A stretch of 64,000 nucleotides of DNA from the NCBI RefSeq assembly GCF_009914755.1, contig NC_060928.1, one strand, 5' to 3'. Positions 1 to 13,319 of the stretch are shown here, piece after piece. Both the position numbers and the translations under genes were made by a program. Each line of letters starts with the position of its first letter. The stretch's first letter is position 1. Origin of the DNA: the human T2T-CHM13v2.0 reference genome, Homo sapiens. The notes under the pieces are model-generated. The model searched no databases. It was given only the letters and a program-made list of their open reading frames with translations, and had not been told where the DNA came from.

Positions 1-280
1 TAACGACTACTTGCCATCTCAATCTAAGAAAAGCTAGAAAATAATTAGCAAAACTCTTGATTAAATACATCCTTTGCTACATGCCCAATTATAATCATTT
101 CACTATAATGTGTAAGGGAATTAGTAACTTAAAAATGTCAATTATTTAACATTATTGATTATGTTACATAAACAAAATATGTGACTTCAATACAAATGCT
201 TCAGTTAAGTTCTAGTATGACAGAAAAAGGCAATACTTTTCTCCCCATTGTGTTTTCTAACTTATTTTTCAAATTTTGAG

Positions 281-497
281 AAATCATCTACCAACGGAAA
301 TCTCCCAATTAGTAGAGAAAGTTATACTTCTGTTATTTAAAATCTTTAGTTAAAATAAGCATACATTTCTGCCAATTTCATTTTGTTAGCTAAAATTACT
401 TTCAATTATCCTACACTCAATATCAGATAATTACTTGGAAACTATGATTTAAAAATTGTTATGTTGAGTTAGAATTTTTAGAAAGGGTGGTAATACT
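281..497 (+). pseudogene. Possible upstream pseudo-exon (first Ig domain, B/C strands)
   Basis: CTAAC branch point and pyrimidine tract before a weak GAG acceptor at 278-280; GTAAGT donor at 498. One frame reads SLVKISIHFCQ...QYQIITWKL, loosely like YVHLCL...LSYIWT in the 25257 exon. Confidence 0.3.
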
Positions 498-911
498 GTA
501 AGTGTTCATTCCATTATTTGCCTTCTGTTTGCAACACTTTTAGAGAATCTATTGGAGAAATGCATATGATTTCAAAATATTAATAAGGAAAACATAAATT
601 AGCAAGTTATCACTAACATTTTTCATCCTTTTTGTATCTACATACACATTCTTCTGATGCCTACATTTCTCATTATCCCTAGGTTTTCTATTATTTATTC
701 CATTCTTATGTTATTGCCTCAATATAACTTACTAAGGCTGAGGCTTAACAAATTTTAATGATGACAGCCTGAGAACCAGTTCCCCTGACTGTGTGCAGGA
801 AGTGGAACAGGAACAAGCAGCTATAGACAGCCCTTACTAAGTGAACTCTAGTGAAAGATGAAAATTCAATAAGAACTTTTCTCTTTCCTGAAAACAAGGG
901 TGTGTGATTAG

Positions 912-1104
912 GGCATTTGTTTTGTAAATTGAAGAATTTCAAGAAAGAAAAACATAGTCTAGTCCCCATGAGTCCACTGTGGGTCAGGTAGGCTCTCATA
1001 TAATGACTCAGTTTTTATTTCGGATGCAAACCATGCTGACCACCTTTAAATAGAGAACTTGTTAATGAGGCATCATGTTCCTAGAGTGGCTGAAATATTT
1101 AAAG
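912..1104 (+). pseudogene. Pseudo-exon A: Ig F-strand and start of Sp38-like domain 1
   Basis: Donor AAG|GTATGT at 1104/1105; acceptor at 911 or 898. Reads GHLFCKL...ALI**LSFYFGCKPC*PPLNREL, then after a frameshift LMRHHVPRVAEIFK. Compare recalled ZPBP2 GLYTCTL...YQMAVRFTTRSC...N. Confidence 0.55.
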
Positions 1105-2149
1105 GTATGTGTCATTTTTATGTAAGATGTTAAAAGAATTTTAATACAAAGTCCATGTTCCTCAAATTTCATAATAAATTTAAGATTTAGAAAAATCTCC
1201 TCATAAAGATCTGCTTTAGCATTTGAGAAAACTTACTTTTTTCTTGATTATATGTAATACTGTTGAATTTTGTTGTTATTTAATTATAAAAGCTTTTATA
1301 TATCACAAAACAAGGATGTTCACATTGAAACTAAAGAAAAGTGCATGATTATACAGTTTAGGCAAATGTTACTTAGAAATTTCCACAGTAAAATCTACAG
1401 CTGGAAAGGTAAAAAGCAACCTGAAAAAAAAAATAATGATCTTGAAATCTGCAACAAATAGTTGCACATTTTAACTAAAATAAAAAAACAAGAAACAAAA
1501 ATACAACAATAGCATGGATTGTCGATTTATTTTTAACTATTGCTTCATTAAAAAAATAATATCTGGATTTCTTGCAAAGATAGGATAAAAACAGAAGTGA
1601 AAAGTCTCTCTCCCACAATATTTAACAAAATAAAAAAAAAGTAAAAATAACAACAAAACTCACAAGCACAACCCAAATTATGAAAGGAGTACAACAGAAT
1701 ATGCAGCCAGAAAAAGTAGAATGCCAAAGCAAGAAAACAGATGATCTCAGCACCATCACGCCTTGCCCCATCTCTCAAGAAGCCAGTACTTAAGGAATGA
1801 TGAGTCACAAAAATCCTGTAAATTCTCATCAATACTCTGTAGTTTTTAGTGAACCTAACTGAGGGAGTGACTCACGAGCCCTAGGAAAATCAGGATAAGT
1901 CTAACTACAAACAACTTACGTAATACAGGGAAATATCAGTGAGAAAGTATCATCAAGAGTTTCTATCTTCAGGCACACTGTAATAAGTGTGCCTGAATGA
2001 AAGAGCAAAAAACCAAGGGATTGTCAGACTTTTAGATGGGATGAGAGTGCCCTGACATGGCAATTTATGAAACAATATGAAAAAGCCCACATCTCATAGC
2101 ATGAATTACATTCAGCTGCAGCTAAGGCATCACCCGTCCACAATTTATT

Positions 2150-3900
2150 TTTTCATTGATTTATTTGTTTACTCAACCATTCTTAATTGGAAAACTATTA
2201 TGTATCTGGCACTGTTCTAAGCACTGAGGAAATACGAGTGAACAAATCAGACAAAAATCTCTAGTTTTATGGAATTTACACTAAAATAGAGACAGATATT
2301 AAAAACAAGTAAATTTCCTTTAATTTTCTTCATGGCATTGATCATGTTCTAATATAAATTTTATATTCAATATTCTTATAGGATATCATATTCTTATTAG
2401 AATATTTTAAATGGTATGAAGAAAATTAAAGGAGAAAAAAGAGATAGAAAAGTCCTGAGGGGAAAGGGGTTCCAATTTTTAATAGCATGGTCAGGGAAGG
2501 CCTCTGGGAGAAGGTGGCAAATGAACAAAGGCTGGAAGGAAGTGAGAGAATGAACCATGTAGATAGGTGGAGGTGGAGATTCCAGGCAGCAGAAACAGCT
2601 AGTGCAAGGGCAGGCGTGAGAAACAGCCAGCTAGACAGGGCCACTTAGATGGGATGAGCTAGGTAGAGGTTAGTATTAAATAGAAGATGGGATAAAAGAG
2701 TAATTGGGCTGGGCCTGGAGGCAGGTCTATTGCATAGGCCTCATATCATTGTTGAGTATTTTAAGTTTTACATGCAGTGAGAAGTGAAGCCATGGAGAGT
2801 TTCAAACACAGGATACTCTTGATCTAACATATTTTAATTGGGCCATTCTGACTATGGTCTCAAAAAAAGGCAATAGGAGGGGCAAGAACAGAAGCAAGGG
2901 GACCAATTAGGAAGATATATCAATAATTCAGAGAAAAGATGATGATAGTGGTAGCAAAAGAGGTTATAAAAAGAGGCTGAAATGTGGATGTATTTGGAAA
3001 GTAGAGCAAATAGGATTTTCTGACTGATTAGATGAGGGTGTAAAAGAAGTGAGTCAAGTATGTCTGCAAAATTATACCCGGAAAATAAAAATGTAGCCAT
3101 TAATTGAGATGGGGCAGAAAATAAAAATGTAGCCATTAATTGAGATGGGGAAGACTATTAAAGAAGCAGAAACTGTGAAAAAGATCAGGAGTTTGGCTCT
3201 GGATATGTAAATTTTGAAATGCCCATTAGACATCCAAATGGAGATTTGATGTGTGGAGTTTAGTGAAGACAGCCTGACTGGAGATAAAATATAAGGTCTT
3301 CTCAACATATGGATAGCATTGAAAGCTCTCACCAAGGTTGTGAGAAATAGAAAAGAGGAAGTTAAAAGGCAGGGCCTAAGAGCATTACAGCTTTAATAAG
3401 TTAAGAAGATCAGAAGGAACCAGAAAAGGAAACTGAAAATGGCTGGTCAGTGAGACAGGATGGTGTCCTGGATGTCAAGAGCAGATGACTCAAGTAAGAA
3501 TGAGTGTCAAGTGCTATGTTAAATATTGCTAATTAATAATCAGATAAGATGAGGACCGAGAATTGACCACTGAATGTAGCCACACGGTGATTACTGTTGG
3601 CCATGACAAGAGTGGTTTCTATGTAACGTAAAGAGTGAAGGCCTACTGAGTTGCAGGGAGAATAAGAGGGAAAGAGTTGGGGCAACTAACTATAGAAAAT
3701 ATTTTAAGGAAGTTTGCAGTAAATGGAGACAGGGGTATGTAGCAATGACTGGAGAGAAAGGTGATCAATCAAGCACTTTCAAAACTATGGCATGTAAGAA
3801 CCTGTTTTTCTACTGCTGGGATCATCTAGAAGAGATAGAAAATGTTGATGATGGAGGGAGAGTGGGAAATGCTGAAGAGATGTCTTTGGGACCTGATCCA
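2150..3900 (-). mobile_element. L2 LINE relic (3' part)
   Basis: Typical L2 3'-end antisense motif (tatgtatctggcactgttctaagcactg...gtgaacaaatcagacaaaaatc) followed by purine-rich L2 body; internal 36-bp tandem duplication at 3081-3150. Confidence 0.75.
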
Positions 3901-4228
3901 GTTCACAACTAGAGAGACTGTGGATACGTACAGGAAAGGTTCATGAATACTACCAAATACACAAGTTAGAGAAAATATTTAGATCAAAATATCTAGCCTT
4001 TAAATATAGTAGTGTAGAGAAAATCGTCTTAAAAGGTGGAAAATGTGTCTAGGATAATTCAGTCACATAAAGTCAGTGCAGATACAAGATCTGAGCCAAG
4101 CTGCTCATTTTAAAAATTCAAAGAAATAGCATACATGAACTATGTAAACATATCGCAATAGGAAGAAAAAAAAGGAAAAGAAGGATAAGGTTAGAGGTGG
4201 AAGAGAAAAAAAATAAAGCATTATATAT

Positions 4229-4507
4229 GGCAGGGCACAGTGGCACATGCCTGTAATTCTAGCACTTTGGGAGGTCCAGGTAGGCAGATTGCCTGAGCTT
4301 AACATGGTGAGACCACAACTTTATGGAAAAAAAATACACAAAAGAAATTAGCTGGGCATGGTGGCGCATGCCTGTAGTCCTAGCTACATTGAGACTGAGG
4401 CAGGAGGATTGCTTGAGCCCAGGAGGTCAAGGCTTCAGTGAGTTCGAGATCGTGCCACTCCATTCCAGCCTGGGTGACAAAGTGAGACCCTGTCTCAAAA
4501 AAAAAAA
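4229..4507 (+). mobile_element. Alu (AluJ-like, small deletion in left arm)
   Basis: ggcagggcacagtggcacatgcctgtaat...gaggattgcttgagcccaggaggtc...tgtctc followed by poly(A). Confidence 0.9.
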
Positions 4508-4509
4508 GG

Positions 4510-5640
4510 AAAGAGTAAACAATAACATTATATACAAAATAAGGACAAAGAACTACCTGCATGAAACATAATCCAAAAACTAAAAGCATACTCTAGAGAT
4601 CATTTTGAAATACAAAATAATTTGATAAGAGTAAGTAGAAGTCAATAAAGTGGATCACAGAGATGAGATGAAAGAGAACAAAAATGAGTTGAAATATAAG
4701 ATTTCACAACTAAGAAAATTAATTGAGGACCAAAATAGTCAAATTGATTGGATAGATTAGAAATAGCAAGAAACAAGAGAAACAAAATAAAAAGTCAAAT
4801 AAGTGACATAAAGAAAAGATTCAAAGCAAATATAGGAAATTCAGAGAAAAGGGAAATAGATTCTCATTGAGAGTTGATAAATAGACACACAAAGATAATT
4901 GAATATATGAAAAACTACTTATTAGAAACAGGAGTGAAATAAAAAGTTTAAGGAATATAATAAAGTAATATTTCTAAGACCTGAGGATCTGAATATGAAG
5001 AGGTTATATTATATATCAGGAAAAAACTTTAACAGAATATTCAGAAATAACACAAATCATAATTAAATTATTGTGCGTCCCTGATAAAAAAAAATACCTT
5101 AGGCAAACAGGCAGAAAAAACAAGTCAACTTCAAAAAGAAATTATTCAAGATGGCCTTAAATTTCATCACAGCAACATTCAATTCCAAAATACAGTGAAA
5201 CACTGTCTTCAATTTTCTGATGGGGAAAACAATGTGTGAGTGAAAATTGTTATCCAAAATGTTGACTTCCGACTATAAAGGCAAATGGCTATCATTCACA
5301 GGAGACAACTTAAAAGAGTATGCATGGGTGCTTGGATGGCTAAAAAGCAAACTAGTATTTAAATCCAGACAAACAAAAGATGATTCAAATATCAAGAATT
5401 CAAAAATTTAAAAAAATGAAATAGCCATACTTAGTAAAGAAATGGTGGTAAATATTGAATTTATTTAGAAAACTAGAGCAATCCATCTAGAAAAAAAAAA
5501 TAGAGTTGCAAGGCAGTCTTTAATATAAACCCTGACAAAAAAAATAATAGGAACAGACTGGAAAGTGGGAGGAATACTAAAACATACAATTTATAGAACA
5601 GGGAATAATTGCATGCAGATTAAATTGAAACACACAGTTT
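4510..5640 (+). mobile_element. Ancient L1M/HAL1 ORF1-like relic
   Basis: A-rich sequence with ORF1-type motifs (aggcaaacaggcagaaaaaacaagtc...cacagcaacattcaat...cagtgaaacactgtcttcaa). Confidence 0.55.
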
Positions 5641-5952
5641 AAAACATTTAATTAATCACTGTTTTCTTGCCCCTTACGCTGTGAATAGCAATCTCTCTCT
5701 CTCTCTCATTCACTCTCTTACTTCCTCCAATTGAAGCTCGAAGCCTAGATCCATTAATACATTGAGGATATAAATTTGTGATATTTAATTTTATTATCTT
5801 GTTTTTATTTATAAAGTAATCATTTATAAAGAGATACTTCCTATATACTATTTGGTTACCCAAGGGATAGTTCAATTATAATAGGATTATAAATATTTGA
5901 TTATTTCCTTTTATTTACCTAGTTTTCAGGATGATTAATGGGATCCCTGAAA

Positions 5953-6097
5953 TAGTGTGTTAGAATGGCTCATACTGGCTCACGGACCAATTATTAAATT
6001 TTCAGAATCTCTATAAGCTAGTTATTCAAACATTGGTAGCTTAAAGTCAGCCATTGTGGAAGTATTTACACCATGGAAATAGTCAAATGCTATGAAC
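5953..6097. mobile_element. MER63-like hAT-Blackjack relic
   Basis: ggctcatactggctcac...ttaaattttcag...ttggtagcttaaagtcagcc...agtatttacaccatggaaat. Confidence 0.6.
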
Positions 6098-6304
6098 AGA
6101 ATTTATGGATAACATATTTAATAGTAAGTTAAATTTGTTTCTGGTGAGAAGACCGCATAGTTTAAAATAATGCTTACTTTTTAAAAAGTACTCATTTGAA
6201 AACAAAATATCAGAAAAAAGAAAATATATTTAATATTTCAAAATGTACCAACTAATTCTTATTGCAGCCAATATTCTAGTGTATTTCCTTATATGTGTTT
6301 AGTA

Positions 6305-6385
6305 TTTTTTTTTTCTTGACACAGAGTCTCACACTGTGAGCCTCCCAAAGTGCTGGGATTACAGGCATGAGCCACCGTGCCTGGC
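6305..6385 (-). mobile_element. Alu with most of the interior deleted
   Basis: poly(T)+gacacagagtctcacactgt joined directly to gcctcccaaagtgctgggattacaggcatgagccaccgtgcctggc. Confidence 0.8.
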
Positions 6386-6554
6386 TAGTATGTATGTTTT
6401 TAAAAGTTAAAATGGAATTTGTAATTCTGATTTTTATACTATAAATTATAATGCAAATATCTCCTTATGTTTAAATATACATTAAGTAGCATTTTAATAA
6501 GCTAATCCACTACATGGAAATAACAGTGTGTGCAAATTGTCCTGAGTTTATGGA

Positions 6555-6905
6555 ATATTTAAATATTTTAAAAATATATTTTCATATTCATATAAATATA
6601 TTTTAAAAATATATTTAAATATTTTAAAAATATATTTTCATATTCATATAAATATATTTTAAAAATATATTTAAATATTTTAAAAATATATTTTCATATT
6701 CATATAAACATATTTTTTATTTTTAATTTATTTTTATTTAAATATTTTATTTTATTTTTATTTAAATATTTATTTTATTTAATATTTAATAAATAAATAA
6801 ATATTTATTTAAATATTTTATTTTATTTAATATTTAATAAATAAATAAATATTTATTTAAATATTTTATTTTATTTTTATTTAAATATTTATATTTAAAT
6901 ATTTT
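6555..6905. repeat. Near-pure AT tandem repeat (56-bp unit x ~3, then AT-only repeats)
   Basis: Unit atatttaaatattttaaaaatatattttcatattcatataaatatattttaaaaat starts at 6555, 6611 and 6667. Confidence 0.9.
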
Positions 6906-7501
6906 CAATAATTATTACCTGTTACCCCCTCTTTTCTGGTTATTTCCTTAAAATGTATCATAGAATTTGGATTACATGGGAAAGGAATAGTAATTCTTTT
7001 AAAGTTTTTATTATATATAACTAAAACTCATCTATAGTTTATAGTCTACTCAACTGATTCTAATCTTGACATCAAAATTACATTTCTGCAATTAAATAAA
7101 CTTTATAGAACTTGTGGTAAGGAGAGAATGTGGGGGAAAGGAACAGCATTGGAAAATGAGAAAAATTTAAATAGTACCTATGGGAAATAATGTGAGAAAA
7201 GTAACATCTCTTGTAGTTTTTAAATTCTAAGCTATGTTCCATATAACCAATTATTATATTCAGTTGAAAAATATATTTTCTTGTAAAACTTTCCACTCTT
7301 TAAAATCCTGAAGTCTGAATATTCTATTTTCTCCATCTATAACATCTGAAACATAGGAAAACAACAACCCAAATCACACACAATGCAGCAGATAAGTAAT
7401 GAAAGTGCTTATAAGGAACTTCCTATGGGATTGTTAAAATGCACACAAAGCAAAAAGAAATGGGCTTGACATGTTACTTAGAAATCCTTTTGTTTTACCA
7501 G

Positions 7502-7556
7502 AATGTCAAAAGAAAAACCTACTATGTCCCAGGGACTATTCAATGGCAACTGTGAT
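7502..7556 (+). pseudogene. Pseudo-exon B (55 nt, phase 1 to 2)
   Basis: ttttgttttaccag| acceptor and |gtaaat donor. Open frame (E)CQKKNLLCPRDYSMATV, phase-compatible with both neighbours. Confidence 0.55.
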
Positions 7557-7905
7557 GTAAATGTTTTGTTTTTACAATTCTGAAAAAAAGTTATTGTTGT
7601 CACCATGGTACAGACAAGGCAAGCTCAACATTTGTAGGAATTAGGCTTGCCCAAATTGAAAGAACCAAAAAGTAGAAATCTGAAGACCAGGCACAAAAGG
7701 ACAGTCACAAATGGTTGTCTGTTACAGTGGTATTTTTTTTTTTCATTTAGATAATCTAAGTAGGATCTTTAGCCTAGAAATAGCTAATAAAATAAGACTG
7801 AACTCAAATACCAATCCAACTTGCAGTCAAAGCATTTACTGAAGATGACCTCTAAGATATGTGAAGGAGCTAATGCTTTCATTTTTTTCTTTTGTCTTTT
7901 CATAG

Positions 7906-7984
7906 TTTGGAAAATCCTTGTGTTTAAAATGACTCAAATCACCCCAAATGGCATTCCTACCATTTTTATCATGAGTACCCTCAG
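7906..7984 (+). pseudogene. Pseudo-exon C (79 nt, phase 2 to 0)
   Basis: Strong acceptor ttttgtcttttcatag| and donor CAG|GTGATG. Reads (I)LENPCV*NDSNHPKWHSYHFYHEYPQ. Confidence 0.6.
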
Positions 7985-8427
7985 GTGATGTTTGCTTACT
8001 ATTGTCCCAATAATGAACAACTTCAGCAAATATGTACTTTTTAAGAAACTTAGTTTATCTAACCCAGAATATGAAAATAGAAGTTGATAGTCCTTGGCTG
8101 AAGATTTCTGGGGATATTGATTATTGAAAAATTAATAGAGAGAAAAGAGAAGAAAAAGGAAAGAGGGACTCAGATACAAACAGGAGTATAGGATGACAAA
8201 GGCAGATTTAATTGGATGCATGCTGGAGAATGCAAAGTTCCTAAGTTCTCAATGGCATTGTTTGGACTGCTATGCATTGAAATTGTGCACTGATATTGTC
8301 CTTATAATGAGTTATCTACTTTGAATATGTAATTTTGACACATAGTGTGTAACAGTTGCATGTATTTTGAATAAACTACTTTATATTTTTTATTCCTTTT
8401 CTCAAAATGTAAAATTAACCTAACTAC

Positions 8428-8592
8428 AGGTCAGTACTACTATATTGTGCAACTCCAGGAGGCATGCTGTATCCTAAGTGGTGGTCTTGACATTGTGCCA
8501 TGTATATTAATTTATTAGTGGATGTATTAGTGGCTTATCAACTAATTAATTATTATTTATTATGGATATTTAGTTGTACAATGGCTATCCTA
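8428..8592. mobile_element. MER91-like hAT-Tip100 relic
   Basis: ttgtgcaactccaggaggc near the left end and agttgtacaa near the right end form an inverted pair. Confidence 0.4.
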
Positions 8593-9731
8593 TGTATTTT
8601 CATTTCGAAGAGGTTTTTATATAAAATTGACTAGCTACTATTGTTACATAGTTTCAGCAGTCATGGTCTGAGGACCAGCAAGAATTCAGGACCAGAAAAT
8701 AGGAGACCAAAAAAAAAAAAAAAAAAAAAAAAAAAGGCTTCAGACACTGTGTTAGATCTGTGGAAATGTAGGAGTGAGTGTGAACCAAACATAGCCTATG
8801 TTTACAAAAACTGCAAACTCACTTCAAGACAGCTTAGACACTGACTGGATTGAGGTAATCTGTCCTACTTTAGCTGCCTACAATAGAACAGTGTAAATTT
8901 TCTCTGAAGAAAGAAAATTGTTATCTAGAGACTCTACAATTTTTGTGGGCAATCTCTGGATGAACAAAAAGTTAATAGGCTGATCAAGAAATAGGATCAA
9001 CAGTACAAAGATGCATTAGAGACAAGGCTTACAGCTGGGACATGGAGGTTTAGATTGGAGGCGCCGACCTGAACTTCTACACATGCAAAGAAAATAGCTT
9101 TCAAAAACGATGGCAGAATAAAGGCAATTCCAGACAAATAAAAACTGAAAAAATTGATGTCAATAAACTAAGTGAAAAATTAAAAGGCATTCTTTAGGCA
9201 GAAATAAAAAAAAACTATCCAAGTTGAAAACACAAATGGAAAGTGTTTTATATAGTTAAATCTAAATAAATAATGACTATAATAAATAATGATGTACATG
9301 GAGAATTAAAATGCATTACAAAAGTAATACCAATCATAAAAGGAACCATAGTATTCTAAACTCTTAGAATTGCCTAGAAAATGGCAAATGGACTGTTATA
9401 TTAGACTCCAGTAAGTTAAGATGCATGTTATGATCTGTAAATCACTAACAAAGTAGTATAAAATGTATAACTAATAAGCTAATAGAGAGAGAGAATGAAT
9501 TAAAAAAAACTTGACCATTTCAAATGCAGCAAGAAAAAAGGAAAGCAAAGACAAAACAGATGGAGCAATACATTAAAAATAATACAAAGGAGAATGTAAA
9601 TACAAATATATCAGTAAATATATTGTCATAATATAATATGTAATCCAAACTTGAAAATCATAAGACTTGAATTTTTTTACAATCCAACTATATCCTGCTA
9701 ATAAGAGACAAATTTTAAAGATAAGGACATA

Positions 9732-9857
9732 GGACTGGGTGTGGTAGCATGTGCCTATCATCCCAGCTACTTGGGAGGCTGAGGCAGGAGGATGACTTGA
9801 GCCCAAGAGTTTGAAGTAGTCAAACATAGTGAGATCCCTTCTCTAAAAAAACAAAAA
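9732..9857 (+). mobile_element. Free Alu monomer (FLAM)
   Basis: ggactgggtgtggtagcatgtgcctatcatcccagctacttgggaggctgagg...ctctaaaaaa. Confidence 0.8.
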
Positions 9858-10156
9858 CAGAATAAAACAAACAGGACATCAAAAATTGAAAGAAAAAAGT
9901 TAGAAGAAGTTAAACCACGAGGACACAAACCAAAATATGCCAGTAACTTTAACACCAGAATTATGACTAGAGATAACTAGGAATATTTCATAATTATAAA
10001 AGAATCACTCCCCCCAGGAAGATATAACAATTCTAAATTGTATATATCTAACATAGCTTCAAAATATACACAGAACAAATTGACAAAACGAAAATAATGA
10101 ATCCAAAACTGATTGCAGCTCTTAACACATCTTTCTCAGTAACTACTCCACTTCAG

Positions 10157-10857
10157 TTGTTTTACAATCCAATTTCAACTGCAATACAATTCCAGCACTA
10201 ACTAGCCAAAGTTGGTGCAAATCCCACAGGTTAAAGGGCAAAATCCTCCATAAGACTGCCCTCATTTCAGATGCCAGCTGCAAGCCCTAGTGGGTCCCCA
10301 TGCCACTTGCACTCTTACCAATTGGCTATGAATTCAGGGGTTTCCATGATTCACTCAGGCTTGATAAGGGGCTAGAAAGACTCATAGTACTCAGAAAAGT
10401 GCTATACATATGATGACAGTTTTATTAATATTATGAAAGATACACATAGGGTAAGGTCTAGGAAAGTCCTGAATGCAGAACTTCCATGCCTTCCCCACAA
10501 AGAGTCAGGGCATGTTACCATTGCCACACATCAAAGTGTTTGCCAATCAGGAAGCTCCACTGGGCTTTAACATCCAAAGATTTTATTGGGGTTGTATTAC
10601 ATAGGCACAATTGATTAAATCATCAGTCACATGATTAAGCTCAATCTTTAGCCGCCCGCTACTCCCCAGCCCCAGAGGTCCTGTGGCCAAAAGTCCCTAT
10701 CTTCTAACCATGTGGTTAGTCTGTGTCATGACCTGTCCCCATGTTGAAGCTATATAGGAGCCCACTATGAGTCACCTTATTTCTATCATTCAGGAAATTC
10801 CAGAGGTTTGTGAAGGAACCTGGAACAAAGACCAGGCAAATTCTTTATTATGCCATA
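10157..10857 (-). mobile_element. MER21-family solo LTR
   Basis: Shares cccacaggttaa...aagactgccc...ttcagatgc motifs with the element at 15452-16348. Confidence 0.6.
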
Positions 10858-12637
10858 GTAACCAATACAGCAAATACATCCATAAGGGTATAGGAAATCC
10901 AAACAAAATAATTTATGAAATAGGCATGACTGAAATATTGAGAATACTGAATTGGTCTATTTAAAAAAAGATACACACTATTTTCAGGTGTACATGGAAC
11001 ATTCACCAGAGTTTACCATATATTGGTTCATGACAGATAATGGACACATGACACATCTATGGCACATTTCATACTACAAAAATTATTCAAAATATGGTTA
11101 TTCACTATCTTTGAATATAGAAATCAATCAATAAAAAATAACTAGACTCTTTTCCTCAAATGTTTTGAAATTAAGCAATACATTTCAATATATGTACAGG
11201 TAAAAAAATCAGAATGCAAATTAGATAACATTTTGGATTGAATGAGAATAAAAATGCAACATACCATATCAACAAATATTAATTATTAATTCAGTATTAC
11301 TGTGTTATTCAAAATAGTTTATTATTCACCATTTCATTAACTTAATAAAAAGTATGTTTAGAATTATAACGACATAATGATGTTATCAAAATAAGTAGAA
11401 TTTGTTTGAACAAAAAATAATTTTTATTAATTATAGCATGAAAATACAAAATATAAATCCACGATTATGAACTAAAATTTACCTATTAAAAATAATCAGC
11501 ACAGAAAATATACTTTAATAGTGCTTTATACTAGAGGGCCAAAGTATTCTGATTATCTGTAGAGAAGCAAACACTCTAACTACCCATCTCTTGCATCATA
11601 AAAATTCTTCCCTTTGCTACACTGTTTTCATTGTCTTTTTAAAATCTGCATAATGTTCTTCTGAGTGAATTAACTGTAATTAATTAACCATTTTCCTATT
11701 TTCCTATTGTTGTGTATTTGAGTTCTTTAATGTGTTACCAATGTACTCAGAGCTAAATTCCTGCTCTACAGCATCGCCTTCACTGTTAGGCCCAATCTGG
11801 CCCCTACATATTTCTATGGGCTTATGTCTCTCCAGGGTTTCGATTTTGAACCTGGTCCGTTTCTGTCTTTGCACTCCTGACAGTCTGTAGCTCCTTCCCA
11901 AAGGTGGAAAAGAATTTGACTTTTTTTTTTTCCCCAGAATTCTTAAGAGGTCAGTGTGGAAACTTCAGATGGAAATTTATATAATACAGCAAGTTTCCAT
12001 TCAAGGTTTCAAGATAAAACTTTATTCATTGTTATGAGCTTTAGACACCCAATTTATAAAAATGACAACTGACGTTCTAAATTTCAATTAGGTTCACAAA
12101 AATCTTACAAGAAATTGTAATAATGTCTTGCCTTAACATAAACCATAAAGAACAGTGAAGTTTCATTAGCACATTGTTCAGAGAATCATAGAGAAGTTAC
12201 AAATGAGAAAGAAAAGTGTGATAAAGAATAGCTTAATGAGGATTTGTGGTATACAATATACAAAAATCTAAAAACAAAGCCTTTTTTTAGGTGTTAACAC
12301 TAGAAAGTTACTCACGGAAATTGATTTTAAATAAAGACAAATATGCACTTTTAATATTATGGAATATAAGGGAAAACAAAAAATACTGACAAGGCTTTCT
12401 CTATTTTTGCCACACTTCAAAGAGATGAAAAGAGGCAGCCACTTTGAAGGGGAAAAATAGTGGTTTGTGCTTCAGAATTACAGATAACATCTCATAATAA
12501 GGTAATCCGGGTAAAAATGTTATTCAATTGATTATTAGAATTAATTTTCAAAAATTTAAGAACATTGAAACCTTATCAATGACTTTACATATACCATTAA
12601 GTGCCTAGTAAGAACAGAACACTCTACTAAGCACCCC

Positions 12638-13319
12638 CACCAACCCTCCCACCCCTAATCCATGGAAAAATTGTCTTCCACGAAACTGACACCTGGTGCC
12701 AAAAGATTGGGGACCACTGCTCTAGGCTATAGAGTTTCTAGAGCCGGTATCCCCAGGATTATGTCTGTGATATGTAGAAGGCGAAGTCTACATGTAAATG
12801 AATCAATGATTTGAAATTATCTACACACTAGCACACAGATTATTAGAGAATTTAGAATCTGTGTTCCACAGTTTTACTCCTTTGATATGATATGAAGAAG
12901 GGTTAACATTACCAGGGTAAGTTGATACATTCTTGTCAGGCTCAATATTGCATCTTTGGCCCTAAATTATATATTGATATGGAGAAAGTGTTTATAGCAA
13001 ATCATTACAACAAACCATTTTAATTTTTTCTAGCAACAACTGATAAGGGCTTGCATTAGGACAGTAGAAGGAAAAGGAAGTAAAAGTGTGGAACATAAGA
13101 TTCTAAATTATCTAATAATCTGTGTGGTAGTGTGTAGATAACTGCAAATCATTGATTCATTCACATGTACACTTTACCTTCTATACATCACAGATATAAT
13201 GCTGGGGTTACTGAACCTAAAACTCTATAGTCTTGAGCAGCAGCCCCCTATCTTTTTGGCACCAGGGACCAGTTTCATGGAAGACAATTTTTCCATGGAC
13301 TGGGGGTGGGAGAGATGGT
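12638..13319. repeat. Inverted duplication: arms 12638-12883 and 13073-13319, ~190-bp spacer
   Basis: Reverse complement of the right arm aligns along the whole left arm, including ~165 bp of non-transposon DNA (e.g. atgaatcaatgatttg / caaatcattgattcat). Confidence 0.9.

Larger units (their letters stand above)
8640..11270 (+). mobile_element. Old L1M fragments (5' region, ORF1 end, ORF2 endonuclease start), interrupted by FLAM and LTR
   Basis: ORF2-EN-type motifs (caggaagatataacaattctaaat...taacatagcttcaaaatatac; ggaacattcaccaga; aaattaagcaatacatttc). Confidence 0.65.

Noticed and set aside
230-280. Frame reading SPLCFLTY, resembling ZPBP CFLEY
   Set aside because: It lies in a branch-point/pyrimidine tract, and the matching Ig strand is already supplied by GHLFCKL at 912-931; likely chance.
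3081-3150. 36-bp direct repeat of CRISPR-like length (also short repeats at 51230-51273, 52737-52890, 58602-58661)
   Set aside because: Local slippage-type duplications of two or three copies in eukaryotic DNA, mostly with no spacers, and no cas genes.
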